The position numbers and the translations under genes were made by a program. A DNA stretch of 64,000 bases from assembly GCA_017394835.1 (NCBI GenBank), contig JAFPXD010000003.1:78221-142220 (forward strand). The letters run 5' to 3'. The notes below the pieces were generated by a model. It was not told where the DNA came from. It saw only the letters and a list, made by a program, of their open reading frames with translations, and did no database searches. Within the stretch, counting starts at the first letter, position 1. The number at the start of each line of letters is the position of its first letter. Shown piece after piece: positions 34,029-43,936 of the stretch. The stretch comes from Clostridia bacterium (GTDB lineage: Bacteria; Bacillota; Clostridia; Christensenellales; CAG-138).

Positions 34029-35126
34029 TCATTTCCTTCGTTTTTCCGGATCGAGCGCATCCATAATATAAGCCTTTGATCTTTCGATAAGCGGCATGAG
34101 GTTTTTATAGTGCTCCGCCCCTTCGATCACATGTGTTTTTTCATCAAGCTCTTCGTTTTCATGCAGTTGGCGGCCGTGAACGCCCGCTTCCGAAAGCAGG
34201 TTTTCGATCCTCGTATTCCTTTTGGAATGCGCCGCGCTTATGAGCTTTCTTCCGAATATGAGGGCGAACGCCGCCCCGTGGAATGAGTTTGTCACCACGT
34301 ATTCGGCGCCTGAAATAACGCCGAGGAACTCAGCGGGGCCGAGCCCGTTGAGCTCTTTCCCCAATACGCGGGCGCGGGGAGAGCCCTTGACCGTGACTGC
34401 GGGGACCCCGAGTTTTCGGCTGATGGCCTCCGCCGCGCGGAACAGCGCTTCTGAATCCTCCATCGCATATACGCAGACGTACCTTTCGGGGAGTTTCTTG
34501 GGTTTATTCGCAGTCATCCTCCACTCCTCGGGCGAAAGCAGCAGCACGGGATCCGCAACAACGGGGGGCCTTGCGCCGAGTATCGCCTCTACGGCGTCCG
34601 CGCCGGAAGCTTCCCGCATGGACAGTCTTTCCAAGCGTGAAAGCGCGGAGGCCGTAAGCTCCCTTTCGGTTTCGTTCAGAACGTCCTTGCCGAAGCTCGA
34701 AGCATAGGATACCTTTATCGCCGGAGTATCGAAATCGAGATAGAACGCCCTTGAGCAGCCTGTAAGTTCAGTATTGAGGATCTGATCCGATCCGGATATA
34801 AGAACATCATAACGAGGCGGACGGGCCTTTATCGCTCCATCGCCCAAATACTTATCATGCGATAAAACAAGGTTCCTTTTACGGAAGCCCTCAAACCGTT
34901 TTTCCTTTATGAAGGCTTCCATTCCTCCGCGGCCCCTCAGAGTATCGACCGCGCACTTTGCCGCGCTCCTGAGAGCGGCAAAACGGGCGGGGATCGCATT
35001 ATTGGGGTAATAATCTATTATCTCGCACTCCGCATGGCTTTTCCCGATATACCTTTGAAACGCCGCCGCCTGAAGCACCGCTCCGTAATTATTGGCCCTA
35101 TGAAAAGTAAAAACGCCTATCCTCAT
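34029..35126 (-). CDS. Polysaccharide pyruvyl transferase family protein (second copy)
   Basis: MRIGVFTFHRANNYGAVLQAAAF and ISGSDQILN motifs. Confidence 0.78.
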   Translation of the reverse strand: MRIGVFTFHRANNYGAVLQAAAFQRYIGKSHAECEIIDYYPNNAIPARFAALRSAAKCAVDTLRGRGGMEAFIKEKRFEGFRKRNLVLSHDKYLGDGAIKARPPRYDVLISGSDQILNTELTGCSRAFYLDFDTPAIKVSYASSFGKDVLNETERELTASALSRLERLSMREASGADAVEAILGARPPVVADPVLLLSPEEWRMTANKPKKLPERYVCVYAMEDSEALFRAAEAISRKLGVPAVTVKGSPRARVLGKELNGLGPAEFLGVISGAEYVVTNSFHGAAFALIFGRKLISAAHSKRNTRIENLLSEAGVHGRQLHENEELDEKTHVIEGAEHYKNLMPLIERSKAYIMDALDPEKRRK

Positions 35127-36244
35127 GATCCTTTGACTCCGTAAATCGCTGCGTATCGGGCGGAGATGGCGTCTGAGGCAAGGTCGCTGACGTCCCAGTT
35201 TCCATGCACGCCGCGGTACAGCATATGATCCGCCGCGATCCTTTTTGCCCAGCCTTCCGCGCCTTCTTCAAGGGGGATATAGCTTACGCCTCCCCTGTCG
35301 GCGGCTCCGGGCACCCCTTCGGAAGCATAGCAGCGAAGGCCCATTGCCTGCGCCTCCGCCAAAACTATGCCGAAACCTTCGTTTAGCGAAGGAAGCAGGA
35401 GGCACGCGGAGCTGCTCATCACGGCCGGTGAATCCGCATCGCCTTCAAGCATATCCACTCTTTCAAGCAGGCCCATCCGCTCTGCGGCGCTTTTCACCTT
35501 CTCTTTATAATCTCCAATGGGGAACCCTATGAAAACGAGCCTTGCTTCGGGCTCAAGCTTGACAAGCTCGGCTAAGACCTTTACGGAAAACAACTGGTTC
35601 TTGGTAGGATTGAAGCTGCCTATCTGCACCATTTTGAGAGGATGCGGGCCACTATCGTCAAAGCGTTTTCTGTCAAAGCGTTTTTCATCATAGGCGTTGG
35701 GAATGACGAGCGTGTTCTTATCCGTGCCGTAAAGGGCTTTGCAGGCTTCGGCGGAGCATCCTATGCGGACGGTCGCATATTTGTTTATCATCCTTCGCCT
35801 ATGAGAATCCATCGCGTCCGCAATTATGTTGCCGCCGAAGCCCCGGGTATGGGAATGCATTATCCTTATGGGGACCCCGGCTTTCTTCGCCGCCTTTAAT
35901 ACGAGCGCCCCTTCAAATGCGTTATTGCAGTGGACGGCGTCGTAAGCAGGCTGCTCGGCAAACAGCTTGAGCAGCGCTCTGTAAAGCCTCGGCCCTCTTA
36001 CGTAGCGATCAAGCTTCCTCATCAGTCCGGAGCTTCCTTCGTACTTGGGAATGCGATGGATCGTTCCCCCGAAGCTTTGAAATTCCCTGTCGTAATGCCG
36101 TATCTCTTCGGTAAAAAGAAGCGCGTCGAACAAGCAGCTCCCGCTGAGGGAACGGACTATGCTCATCATTACCGCCTGCACTCCCCCGTTGCCCAAACCG
36201 TCGCAGGAAACGAGCAGGACCCTTTTCTTTTCCGAAGCTTCCAT
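35123..36244 (-). CDS. Glycosyltransferase family 4 (GT-B)
   Basis: EGFGIVLAEAQAMGLRCYAS E-x7-E region. N-terminal GGVQAV motif. Confidence 0.8.
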   Translation of the reverse strand: MEASEKKRVLLVSCDGLGNGGVQAVMMSIVRSLSGSCLFDALLFTEEIRHYDREFQSFGGTIHRIPKYEGSSGLMRKLDRYVRGPRLYRALLKLFAEQPAYDAVHCNNAFEGALVLKAAKKAGVPIRIMHSHTRGFGGNIIADAMDSHRRRMINKYATVRIGCSAEACKALYGTDKNTLVIPNAYDEKRFDRKRFDDSGPHPLKMVQIGSFNPTKNQLFSVKVLAELVKLEPEARLVFIGFPIGDYKEKVKSAAERMGLLERVDMLEGDADSPAVMSSSACLLLPSLNEGFGIVLAEAQAMGLRCYASEGVPGAADRGGVSYIPLEEGAEGWAKRIAADHMLYRGVHGNWDVSDLASDAISARYAAIYGVKGS

Positions 36245-37387
36245 TTACTTCTCCGACTCTCCTATCTCGTTCTTCAGAACTTCTATCGAAAGCTCCCGCC
36301 AGGTCTCGCACTCTATAAGATTGCGAATGCGGAGGAGGCCCGCTTCCCCGTATTTCCGGCGCTTGGCGCGATCCCTTAAGCGGTTGCCGGAAAGGCGGTT
36401 CAGCACCTTGAATATGAAGCTTTCCCTGCCGTAAAAATCTGTGATGACGCCGTATTTCTGCTCACTCGCATATTCCTTGTAGCTTTTTTCCACAAAGCCT
36501 TCTTCCGCGATACGGCGTGAGCGCTCTTCAAAACCGCTCATTATCTTTTCGGTTTCCTCCGGAGAGGCGGCACTTACGCCGCATCCGTTTTTTACGACCG
36601 GCTTGAAGCCGAGCTTTCCGTTATCGCCGATAGTTACGAGGAGACCGCTTTGGGCGGCTTCATCGGCGTTCCCGTCGAACAGGAAATTACCGGTGCCGTA
36701 AACTATGGCCGCACCTTCGTGGGTCTCCATACAGCCTATACAATGGCTGTGCTGACAGAGCACTATATCCGCGCCTTTTTCGGCAAACCTGCGGCATACC
36801 TTCCTGAGGCGCGGCGAAGGGTACCTGTAAAGCTCCTTTCCCCCGTGATACAGCACTATGAGCATATCGCAGAGTTTTTTCGCCTCTGCAGTCTCATCAT
36901 AGACGTAAAGAGGATCGAACGGAGCGGCCCCAGGCTTGTTCTCTTCCGCGCAGGAAAACTCATGCTCGGTATAAGCGATCACGCCTATACGCCTGCCGCA
37001 CGCATCCATAAAATACGGCCTTCCCGCCGAGAGGAGGTCTTCCCCTGCGCCGAAGAACGTTATGCCGTTTTCATTAAGAGCGTTCAGGGTCATGCGCAGT
37101 CCGGCTTCTCCGCGATCCATGATATGGTTGTTCGCGATGGATACGGCGCCTATATGCGCGGCCTTAAAGCCGTTGACGCATTCGATGGGGGCGGATAAAG
37201 CGGGGCCGCACTTTTTGATAGGGTGAAGCTCGCCGCACAGCGGAGTTTCGAGGTTTACTATGCAGTGCTCCGCAGAGTTCAGCAAGGATACTATCTCCCC
37301 TCCGAACAGGGCTTCCGCATCCCCTTTGATAAAAAGCTCTCTGTTGCTTGCCGTGGGGCAAACGTCTCCGCCTATTATCACACTCAT
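36245..37387 (-). CDS. CapA-family (PGA_cap, metallophosphatase-like) protein
   Basis: MSVIIGGDVCPT..., NLETPL, SIANNHIMD and VLYHGGKE match the CapA/PgsA-type calcineurin-like fold. Confidence 0.75.
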   Translation of the reverse strand: MSVIIGGDVCPTASNRELFIKGDAEALFGGEIVSLLNSAEHCIVNLETPLCGELHPIKKCGPALSAPIECVNGFKAAHIGAVSIANNHIMDRGEAGLRMTLNALNENGITFFGAGEDLLSAGRPYFMDACGRRIGVIAYTEHEFSCAEENKPGAAPFDPLYVYDETAEAKKLCDMLIVLYHGGKELYRYPSPRLRKVCRRFAEKGADIVLCQHSHCIGCMETHEGAAIVYGTGNFLFDGNADEAAQSGLLVTIGDNGKLGFKPVVKNGCGVSAASPEETEKIMSGFEERSRRIAEEGFVEKSYKEYASEQKYGVITDFYGRESFIFKVLNRLSGNRLRDRAKRRKYGEAGLLRIRNLIECETWRELSIEVLKNEIGESEK

Positions 37388-37388
37388 A

Positions 37389-38324
37389 TCATTTTACCTT
37401 CCTTTCGGGAAGCTCGAGCCAGCTTCCGAGAATACCGTCCCACTCCTCGGGTTCGAATCTGCCGAAGCCCGAATTGGGATAGAGCGTGAATTCGCTGAAC
37501 AGGATCCTTCCGCCAACGTTGTAGAGATCCACGCGGACGAACGGATGCGTTCCCGCCGTTTTCTCCGCAATGGCGATCATTTCATCGAGATCTTCCGGGA
37601 TAGCAAGCTCCGCATCGTAATTGGGCGGACATACCGTTTCGCCGAAGCGGAGCAGCCTGCCTTCCCTGTCATAATAATTCGCGCGATGCTCTATAAACCT
37701 GTCGAAGTCGATCTTGAATACCCTCACTCTTCCGTTGAAGCAGAAGAACTTATAATCCCTCAGCTCCTCTTCGCCGTTGGAAGATACGGAGGAATGCAGA
37801 TACTCTTCGCAGATTATCCTGTGCGGAACGCGTTTATACGGCCACTCGCGGACGGTCGAATAAAAATCCTGATCCAGCGCCGCGCGCAGTTCCTTTACCG
37901 CCTTTTTGCGGTCGAGCCCTTTCTTATCACGGCATACTATAACTCCTTTGCCGGAGTTATGAGTGCATTTCAATACAAACCTTTCGGGGAGCTTATCAAA
38001 ATCTATATCCTCGGCTCTTTCCCAAACGCCTATCTCCGGCACGACGTATTCCGGCCCCAGCAACTCCGAAATAAAGCCTTTTGCGGCGTGTTTATCAACG
38101 AGGGTCGTATATACGGGATCCCTGTCATAAAGCTTGAGCCACTGGAGCTTTTCGTTAAAGGTCTTTGGATCGGAAAGATCGAGCTCGTATCCGAACAGGA
38201 GCTCAAACCTCTTCTTCAGATATTCCTCATCCGAAAGGCCGTTGTAAAAGCCCCTGTTCATAAGGTTGATCTGCCTGTATTTTTTGTTGGTGATGAACTC
38301 GATCCCTTTTGAAACAATACTCAT
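37389..38324 (-). CDS. TupA-like ATP-grasp protein
   Basis: DPKTFNEKLQWLKLYDRDPVYTTLVDKHAAKGF and FVLKCTHNSG are characteristic of the ATPgrasp_TupA family (teichuronopeptide-type). Confidence 0.75.
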   Translation of the reverse strand: MSIVSKGIEFITNKKYRQINLMNRGFYNGLSDEEYLKKRFELLFGYELDLSDPKTFNEKLQWLKLYDRDPVYTTLVDKHAAKGFISELLGPEYVVPEIGVWERAEDIDFDKLPERFVLKCTHNSGKGVIVCRDKKGLDRKKAVKELRAALDQDFYSTVREWPYKRVPHRIICEEYLHSSVSSNGEEELRDYKFFCFNGRVRVFKIDFDRFIEHRANYYDREGRLLRFGETVCPPNYDAELAIPEDLDEMIAIAEKTAGTHPFVRVDLYNVGGRILFSEFTLYPNSGFGRFEPEEWDGILGSWLELPERKVK

Positions 38325-38330
38325 AGCCTA

Positions 38331-39581
38331 TCACCTCAATATCGGGATTCTTCCGCGCCCTTCCGTCATTCTCGCTTTTTCAAGGAAGAATACCATAAAG
38401 AAGAAATACGTGGATTTCGAAAACAATGCGACGAACCCGTACTCCGTTACCACAAGGATCATCATGAGGATGAGGCAAGTAGTATAAGCTTCGTCATATG
38501 CGAATCCCCTGTGCGATAAGTAATTGTAAAACAGATCCAGATAAAACGAGTAATAAACGATCAGACCTACCAGGCCTCCGCACGCGAGCAGCTCTATATA
38601 GTTATTGTGAAGATAGGTATCGCTGCCTATTACCGGCTTAACGATAAGGTGCGAACACCCTATCCCGATACCGAGCAGCGGAGTTTTTTTGAACTGCTTT
38701 AATCCGATCTCGACCATTTGCTTTCTAAGCATAGCGCTGCGCCCGGCGTCTCCTTCGCCTGTTAACGACGCCATCAGTTTATCCATTCGGTTCATAACCG
38801 CACTGAATATGGGCAGTTTGAGTATCTGCCTGATCAGAACGACCGAGATAACGGCGATCAAACAGATCCTTATTACCGTTTTCGCGCCGTTCCGCGAATC
38901 GACGTTCCTGAACACGGCGGACAAAATGACGCCGACTATCAGCATAACGAACGCTTTTCGGCTTTGAGTCGCTATAAGCATGTAAAACGAGGGGATACAG
39001 AACAATGCTGATAACGAAAACCTTTTGTTTGCAAATATCTGATCGATCTGGATCGTGATACCGACAGCGGTAAGCATTCCTATGGTATTGATGTTTGCGT
39101 ATTCGTTCTCGATCCTGACGCCGCTCTGAACCATTTGGGTTATGTAATCGACGCCATAGAAAAGCAGGGAATAGACCGCTATAAGATAACTCGACCATTT
39201 AATAACGGAAAGGAGTCTGTAAACGCCGTCTTCCTTGTAGTAATAGTAGTTATAAACGAAGAAGATGCAGAAGAATATCTCGGTCAGGGTTATACCCTTT
39301 GAAATGGGGTCGTTGAACGCCATCCCCCACGCAGAGCTCATGAAGGTGAAGAATATGAGCGCCAGGAAATGATAATGATAGCTGCCTATAACGTATCTGT
39401 AATTCGAAGAATTATCGATTATCGAAAACAGCGCGATCAGCACGGAAACGCCGAGAAGGACGTACCTTCCCCATGAATACGTTTCAAAAATGGTAAACGA
39501 ACAGAACAGTATCAGCGTGAGGAGCCATATTATTTTGTCCTTATTGGACATTCTTTTGAATAATCCTCGGCTTGTGTTCAT
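38331..39581 (-). CDS. wzy: Wzy-type O-antigen/EPS polymerase (O-antigen ligase family membrane protein)
   Basis: 416 aa with 10 or more TM helices and a large loop. AT-richer than its neighbours, as is typical for wzy. Confidence 0.7.
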   Translation of the reverse strand: MNTSRGLFKRMSNKDKIIWLLTLILFCSFTIFETYSWGRYVLLGVSVLIALFSIIDNSSNYRYVIGSYHYHFLALIFFTFMSSAWGMAFNDPISKGITLTEIFFCIFFVYNYYYYKEDGVYRLLSVIKWSSYLIAVYSLLFYGVDYITQMVQSGVRIENEYANINTIGMLTAVGITIQIDQIFANKRFSLSALFCIPSFYMLIATQSRKAFVMLIVGVILSAVFRNVDSRNGAKTVIRICLIAVISVVLIRQILKLPIFSAVMNRMDKLMASLTGEGDAGRSAMLRKQMVEIGLKQFKKTPLLGIGIGCSHLIVKPVIGSDTYLHNNYIELLACGGLVGLIVYYSFYLDLFYNYLSHRGFAYDEAYTTCLILMMILVVTEYGFVALFSKSTYFFFMVFFLEKARMTEGRGRIPILR

Positions 39582-39597
39582 GGTTTACCTCAAAGAT

Positions 39598-40701
39598 TCA
39601 TTCATTGAATACGGCGTGCACGAATACCCGCACGGCTTCATTGATATCGTAGCCCGCAGAGCGCAGCTTTTGGGATGCGGAACCCCTGTTCGTTTCCGCG
39701 GAAAGGACCGCCTCCGCCCAAACGGAAGGCGCCGAAGCGAGCGGAAGATACTTGACTCCTCCCGTTACGTTCGCTTCACGTGTGATAGTATCGGAAATGA
39801 TGCAGGGGACGCCTACGGCCTGCGCTTCGATTATCACGTTCGGCATGCCTTCATACAGTGAAGGCAGCGCAAAGGCGTCGAACGCGGAAAGTAGTTTCGG
39901 CACGTCCGAACGGATCCCCGCAAATATGACGGAGCCCTTCGTTCCGAGCTCGTTAGCCTTATCGCGGATGCTGCTTTCAAGCTCTCCCCCGCCTATGAGG
40001 AGGAGCTTTGCATCGGGGCGCCTTTTAAGTATCTCCGCAAATATCTCAAGCAGGTACCCGTGGTTTTTCTGTTCGCTGAATCTGCCCACGTGCCCGAGCA
40101 GGAATACGCCTTCGGAAATTCCGAATTCCTCGCGCACGGAGCGGCGCGCTTCGGGATCGAATCTATACTGATCGAGGTCTATTCCGTTGTTGAGGAATAG
40201 GACTTCGCCGTTTTTAACTCGTTTTTTGCCGAAGGTGTATTCCGCCGCAAGGTCGGAAGGCGCGATCCTCACGTCTATGTATCTGTCGAAAAGCAGTCTG
40301 CCCGCGATATGGGCAAGCTTCATCTTGAGGCTTCCGCCGTCGCTCGAGTTGGAGCTTCTTGCGGAGCATACCTCCGCCCCGGCTCGCTTTGCGATCTTGA
40401 GATCGAGGAACGCCATGGCGTTCGAGGCGATACGCAGGATGTATTTGTATCCGCCTTTTTTGACGACCTCAAACAGCTCTTTTTTGAAACGGTCAACGTC
40501 CTTGGACTTGGGGGTGATACGGTGGATCATGCCGCCCATGGAGACTATCTCATCTTCATAGACGCCCTTTTCCGGTTCGCTTACGCAGAAATCCATTTGA
40601 TAACGGGCGCGGTCAAGCGACCGATACAGCTTCATGAGGAAGGTCTCGGCGCCGCCGGCATTCATTGAGCTTACTATGCAGAGCAGTCTTTTCATTATCA
40701 C
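39598..40701 (-). CDS. Glycosyltransferase family 4
   Basis: NAGGAETFLMKLYR N-terminus and YEGMPNVIIEAQAVGVPCIISD E-x7-E region. Confidence 0.8.
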   Translation of the reverse strand: MIMKRLLCIVSSMNAGGAETFLMKLYRSLDRARYQMDFCVSEPEKGVYEDEIVSMGGMIHRITPKSKDVDRFKKELFEVVKKGGYKYILRIASNAMAFLDLKIAKRAGAEVCSARSSNSSDGGSLKMKLAHIAGRLLFDRYIDVRIAPSDLAAEYTFGKKRVKNGEVLFLNNGIDLDQYRFDPEARRSVREEFGISEGVFLLGHVGRFSEQKNHGYLLEIFAEILKRRPDAKLLLIGGGELESSIRDKANELGTKGSVIFAGIRSDVPKLLSAFDAFALPSLYEGMPNVIIEAQAVGVPCIISDTITREANVTGGVKYLPLASAPSVWAEAVLSAETNRGSASQKLRSAGYDINEAVRVFVHAVFNE

Positions 40702-40716
40702 GAATCCGTCCTGCGC

Positions 40717-41763
40717 TCACCGCCGGATGAGTTCATCGGCAATGAGCTTCACATATCTTTCGGGGCTGTATTTTTCCGAAGCCCTGACGCAGTTTTTCTT
40801 CATTCGGATGAGCTCTTCCGCGCTCATTTCCCAGATGCGCGTAATTGCGTTTTTCAGCGCTTTCTCATCCTTTTCCGGATATATGAGCCCGGTTTCTCCA
40901 TCCGTTACTATTTCGGGATCGCTCCCGTGATCGGAAGCGAGCACGGGGAGCCCCGCGCTGAATGCATCGACTATCGTGCCGGGGAACCCCTCGCCTTCCC
41001 AGTAAGTCGGGAACAGGAGCGCATCATAACCGCTTATCGTTTCAACGCTCTTATCGTAAGGGACGCTCCCGCAGAAGCGTATGCTGCGATGCGCCGAGCT
41101 CATTATTTCATTGAAACGCTCCGAATATCCGGGATCGGGATCGCCGTATATATCAAGAAGGCACTCCCTGCCTTCGGCGTTCAAACCGCCGACGGCGCTT
41201 ATTGCGATCTCGATACCCTTTTCGGGCAGTATGCGTGAGAACGTGCAGAGCTTCAGCGGGCGGAGAGAAACGGAAAGACCGTCTTCCGAAACGGGATCCA
41301 GTCTTTTGAAATTGGGGATCACTTCGGTATTCTTTACGCCAAGTTTTTCGAGGCAGTCCTTCAGCAGCGCCGTCTCGACCCAGTTTACGCGGAACGAGCG
41401 CAGGAAGCGGCAGAATTTTGGCGAAGCCTCCGCATATTTATGCAGGTTCCCGCCTATCACGTCATGATAGACGCGCGTTCCGAACACCTTCGCGAAAAAA
41501 TGCAGTATGGGAAAGTAAAAATTCATTCCGTTTCCCGAAAGCAGCACTATAATGTCCCGAACGCCGATAAGTGTACGCAGGCTTTTGAACAGGAGCTTTA
41601 CGGGCGCGGTGCGTTTCAGGTACGTATCGACCTTTTGTATGTCGAACAGTTCCGTTTTGTTCAGCTCGTCATACAGGATGCGGGTCTTTACGGTCTGCCC
41701 GTCCCTGAGATCGGCGCCTTCGGCAAAATGACCTATTATAGCTATGCGCTTTCTTTTGCTCAT
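40717..41763 (-). CDS. Glycosyltransferase family 4
   Basis: WEGEGFPGTIVDAFSAGLPVLASD E-x7-E region. Confidence 0.75.
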   Translation of the reverse strand: MSKRKRIAIIGHFAEGADLRDGQTVKTRILYDELNKTELFDIQKVDTYLKRTAPVKLLFKSLRTLIGVRDIIVLLSGNGMNFYFPILHFFAKVFGTRVYHDVIGGNLHKYAEASPKFCRFLRSFRVNWVETALLKDCLEKLGVKNTEVIPNFKRLDPVSEDGLSVSLRPLKLCTFSRILPEKGIEIAISAVGGLNAEGRECLLDIYGDPDPGYSERFNEIMSSAHRSIRFCGSVPYDKSVETISGYDALLFPTYWEGEGFPGTIVDAFSAGLPVLASDHGSDPEIVTDGETGLIYPEKDEKALKNAITRIWEMSAEELIRMKKNCVRASEKYSPERYVKLIADELIRR

Positions 41764-41769
41764 TCTCCC

Positions 41770-43764
41770 TTAAGCCTCTTCGGCCATCTCTTCATCTTCA
41801 TTGCCGCCTTGACATTGAGGCTCCGAATCGTCATGCTTGAAATTAGGTACAAGCTCCTTTATGCAGTCTATGACCGCTGCGCTGTTCGCATCGGCAAGGG
41901 CAAGGAGCTCCCCTATCTTTTCGTTGAACACATCATCGTCTATCTCGACGGGGCGCGCCTTCATTATCCTGCCGTGCGCAGTCTTCTCCATCTTCTTCTG
42001 TTCTTCGGAAGTGAGCAGCTCCTCGTACATCTTTTCGCCGGGACGGAGACCCGTGATCTCGATGGGCATATCCACGTTCGGTTCGAAGCCATGGAACTTG
42101 ATGACCTTTTCCGCAAGCTCATAGATCCTTACGGGTTCGCCCATATCGAGCACGTAAATCGCGCCGGTTTCGCCCAAAGCGCCCGCCTGCAGAACGAGCT
42201 GGGCTGCCTCGGGGATGGTCATAAAGTATCTTGTGATGTTTTTATCCGTAACAAGCACGGGGCCGCCGGATTTGATCTGCCTTTCAAAGAGAGGGATAAC
42301 GCTCCCGTGGGAGCCCAAAACGTTGCCGAAACGCACTGTCATACAGCGCATTATGCTGTTTTTTGCGAACTGCTGGACAATGAGTTCGGTTATGCGCTTT
42401 GTCGCGCCCATTACATTAGAGGGATTGACCGCCTTATCGGTCGAAAGCTGCACGAACCGCTTGACCCCGTGCTCCTCAGCAGAGCGAAGCACGTTAATGG
42501 TGCCGGCAACGTTGTTCTTGACCGCTTCTGCAGGGCTTTCCTCCATAAGGGGAACGTGCTTATGCGCGGCGGTATGCAGCACGATATCGGGATGGAACTC
42601 CTCCATTACGATATCGAGCCTTGCCTTATCGCGGACCGAGCCGATGCGGATCACGGCGTCCAGCCAGGGGTGCCTCTGCTTCAATTCGCAGTAGAGCTCG
42701 TAAGCATTGTTTTCGTAAATATCGAATATGATGAGCTTGGATGGATAGAACAGCGCCGTCTGACGGCAGATCTCGGAGCCGATCGAGCCGCCTCCGCCCG
42801 TAACAAGCACGCATTTATGTTCCAGATACCCTTCTATGGCGCGGACATCGAGATCGACTTCGGGGCGGAACATTACGTCGGAAATGTTCGTCTCCCTTAT
42901 GTCGCGCATGGTGGGGGTATCGTTCAGATCCTTCAGCGGAGTCATAAGGCGGACGTGGCATTTCGTTTCGCGGCAGATGGTCACGAGCTCCGCCCTGCGC
43001 TTGGAGGTAAGGCTCGGGATCGCGATTATGATCTCCTGCACGCCGAGTTTCTTAACCACAGCGGGGATATCCTCCGAAGTGCCGTAAACCTTCACTCCGT
43101 CTATGCGCATGCCCTTTTTGGCCTTGTTATCGTCAATGAAGCCGACCGTTACGCAGTCCGATTCGCCTCCGTGCCCGTTCATTATCTGGGAATGGACGTA
43201 TGCGCCGAAATAGCCTGCGCCTACTATAAGCGTGGGCTTTTTTTCAAGGGTGCGGGAGCCCTTCTCCGTATCGATTATGACCCTTCTGATTATCCTGTAG
43301 CCGAACCTTGTAATGAACACGAGCGCGCACAGCACCATTGCTGCCAGGCATATCCCCGCTCTGCCCCTGTTCAAAAAGCCGAAGCTGCGCAGGAAGGGTA
43401 TTTTGGAAAACAGGTAGTTTACGAGTATGCAGAGCAGCGCGCCGACGCCGACGCCGGCTATCGCCATTATTCCTTCATTGAGGCCGGATACGCTCCAAAT
43501 GCTGGAATAGAGCCTGAAAAGCATGAATGAAACTATGTAGAGTAATGTGAAAACGCCGATCTGAGTAAAGGTATAGTAATCCTTCAGAGGGCCGTTTGCA
43601 ATGGTTGAAGCCATGAACGGAAAACCGTAACCGTTTTCTACGGCGCTGTGCAGGAACCATGTCGCAAAGGCGAATGCGGCGCAGCAGCACAGGCAATCTA
43701 TCAAAACGAGAAGCACTATGCGCGATATGCGCTCAATATTGGCTTGTTTTCCGGTCATAAACAC
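41770..43764 (-). CDS. capD: Membrane-anchored nucleotide-sugar 4,6-dehydratase/epimerase (CapD/WbpM/PglF family)
   Basis: GTG start after GGAGGA. Four or five N-terminal TM helices and two Rossmann motifs (LIVGAGYFG, VLVTGGGGSIGSE), plus YGATK-like MGATKR. The 696-aa plus-strand ORF here is a shadow ORF. Confidence 0.88.
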   Translation of the reverse strand: MFMTGKQANIERISRIVLLVLIDCLCCCAAFAFATWFLHSAVENGYGFPFMASTIANGPLKDYYTFTQIGVFTLLYIVSFMLFRLYSSIWSVSGLNEGIMAIAGVGVGALLCILVNYLFSKIPFLRSFGFLNRGRAGICLAAMVLCALVFITRFGYRIIRRVIIDTEKGSRTLEKKPTLIVGAGYFGAYVHSQIMNGHGGESDCVTVGFIDDNKAKKGMRIDGVKVYGTSEDIPAVVKKLGVQEIIIAIPSLTSKRRAELVTICRETKCHVRLMTPLKDLNDTPTMRDIRETNISDVMFRPEVDLDVRAIEGYLEHKCVLVTGGGGSIGSEICRQTALFYPSKLIIFDIYENNAYELYCELKQRHPWLDAVIRIGSVRDKARLDIVMEEFHPDIVLHTAAHKHVPLMEESPAEAVKNNVAGTINVLRSAEEHGVKRFVQLSTDKAVNPSNVMGATKRITELIVQQFAKNSIMRCMTVRFGNVLGSHGSVIPLFERQIKSGGPVLVTDKNITRYFMTIPEAAQLVLQAGALGETGAIYVLDMGEPVRIYELAEKVIKFHGFEPNVDMPIEITGLRPGEKMYEELLTSEEQKKMEKTAHGRIMKARPVEIDDDVFNEKIGELLALADANSAAVIDCIKELVPNFKHDDSEPQCQGGNEDEEMAEEA

Positions 43765-43826
43765 GGCAGTTATCCTCCACGGGCCGAGGCGCAGAATTTA
43801 TAAAACGCCATACGGATTCAAATTTA

Positions 43827-43855
43827 ATTATACAACATTCGGCCGCCCTTTGCAA
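43827..43855 (-). promoter_or_regulatory. Sigma-A type promoter of the polysaccharide locus
   Basis: On the minus strand: TTGCAA (43855-43850), 17-nt spacer, TATAAT (43832-43827). Confidence 0.5.
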
Positions 43856-43936
43856 GCGCGATACGCCTGCCAAAGACGGCCGAATTGTGAATAATTTGCC
43901 TTTGTTCGAATAAAACCCGAACGCCGCTTCCCTTTC

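Noticed and set aside
41440-43530. 696-aa plus-strand ORF, the longest ORF in this region of the track
   Set aside because: It lies antisense to the CapD/WbpM-like gene, whose product has clear Rossmann and TM features. The plus-strand translation is low-complexity (Arg/His/Ala/Leu-rich), has no motif and has no RBS. It is a shadow ORF typical of GC-rich coding regions.
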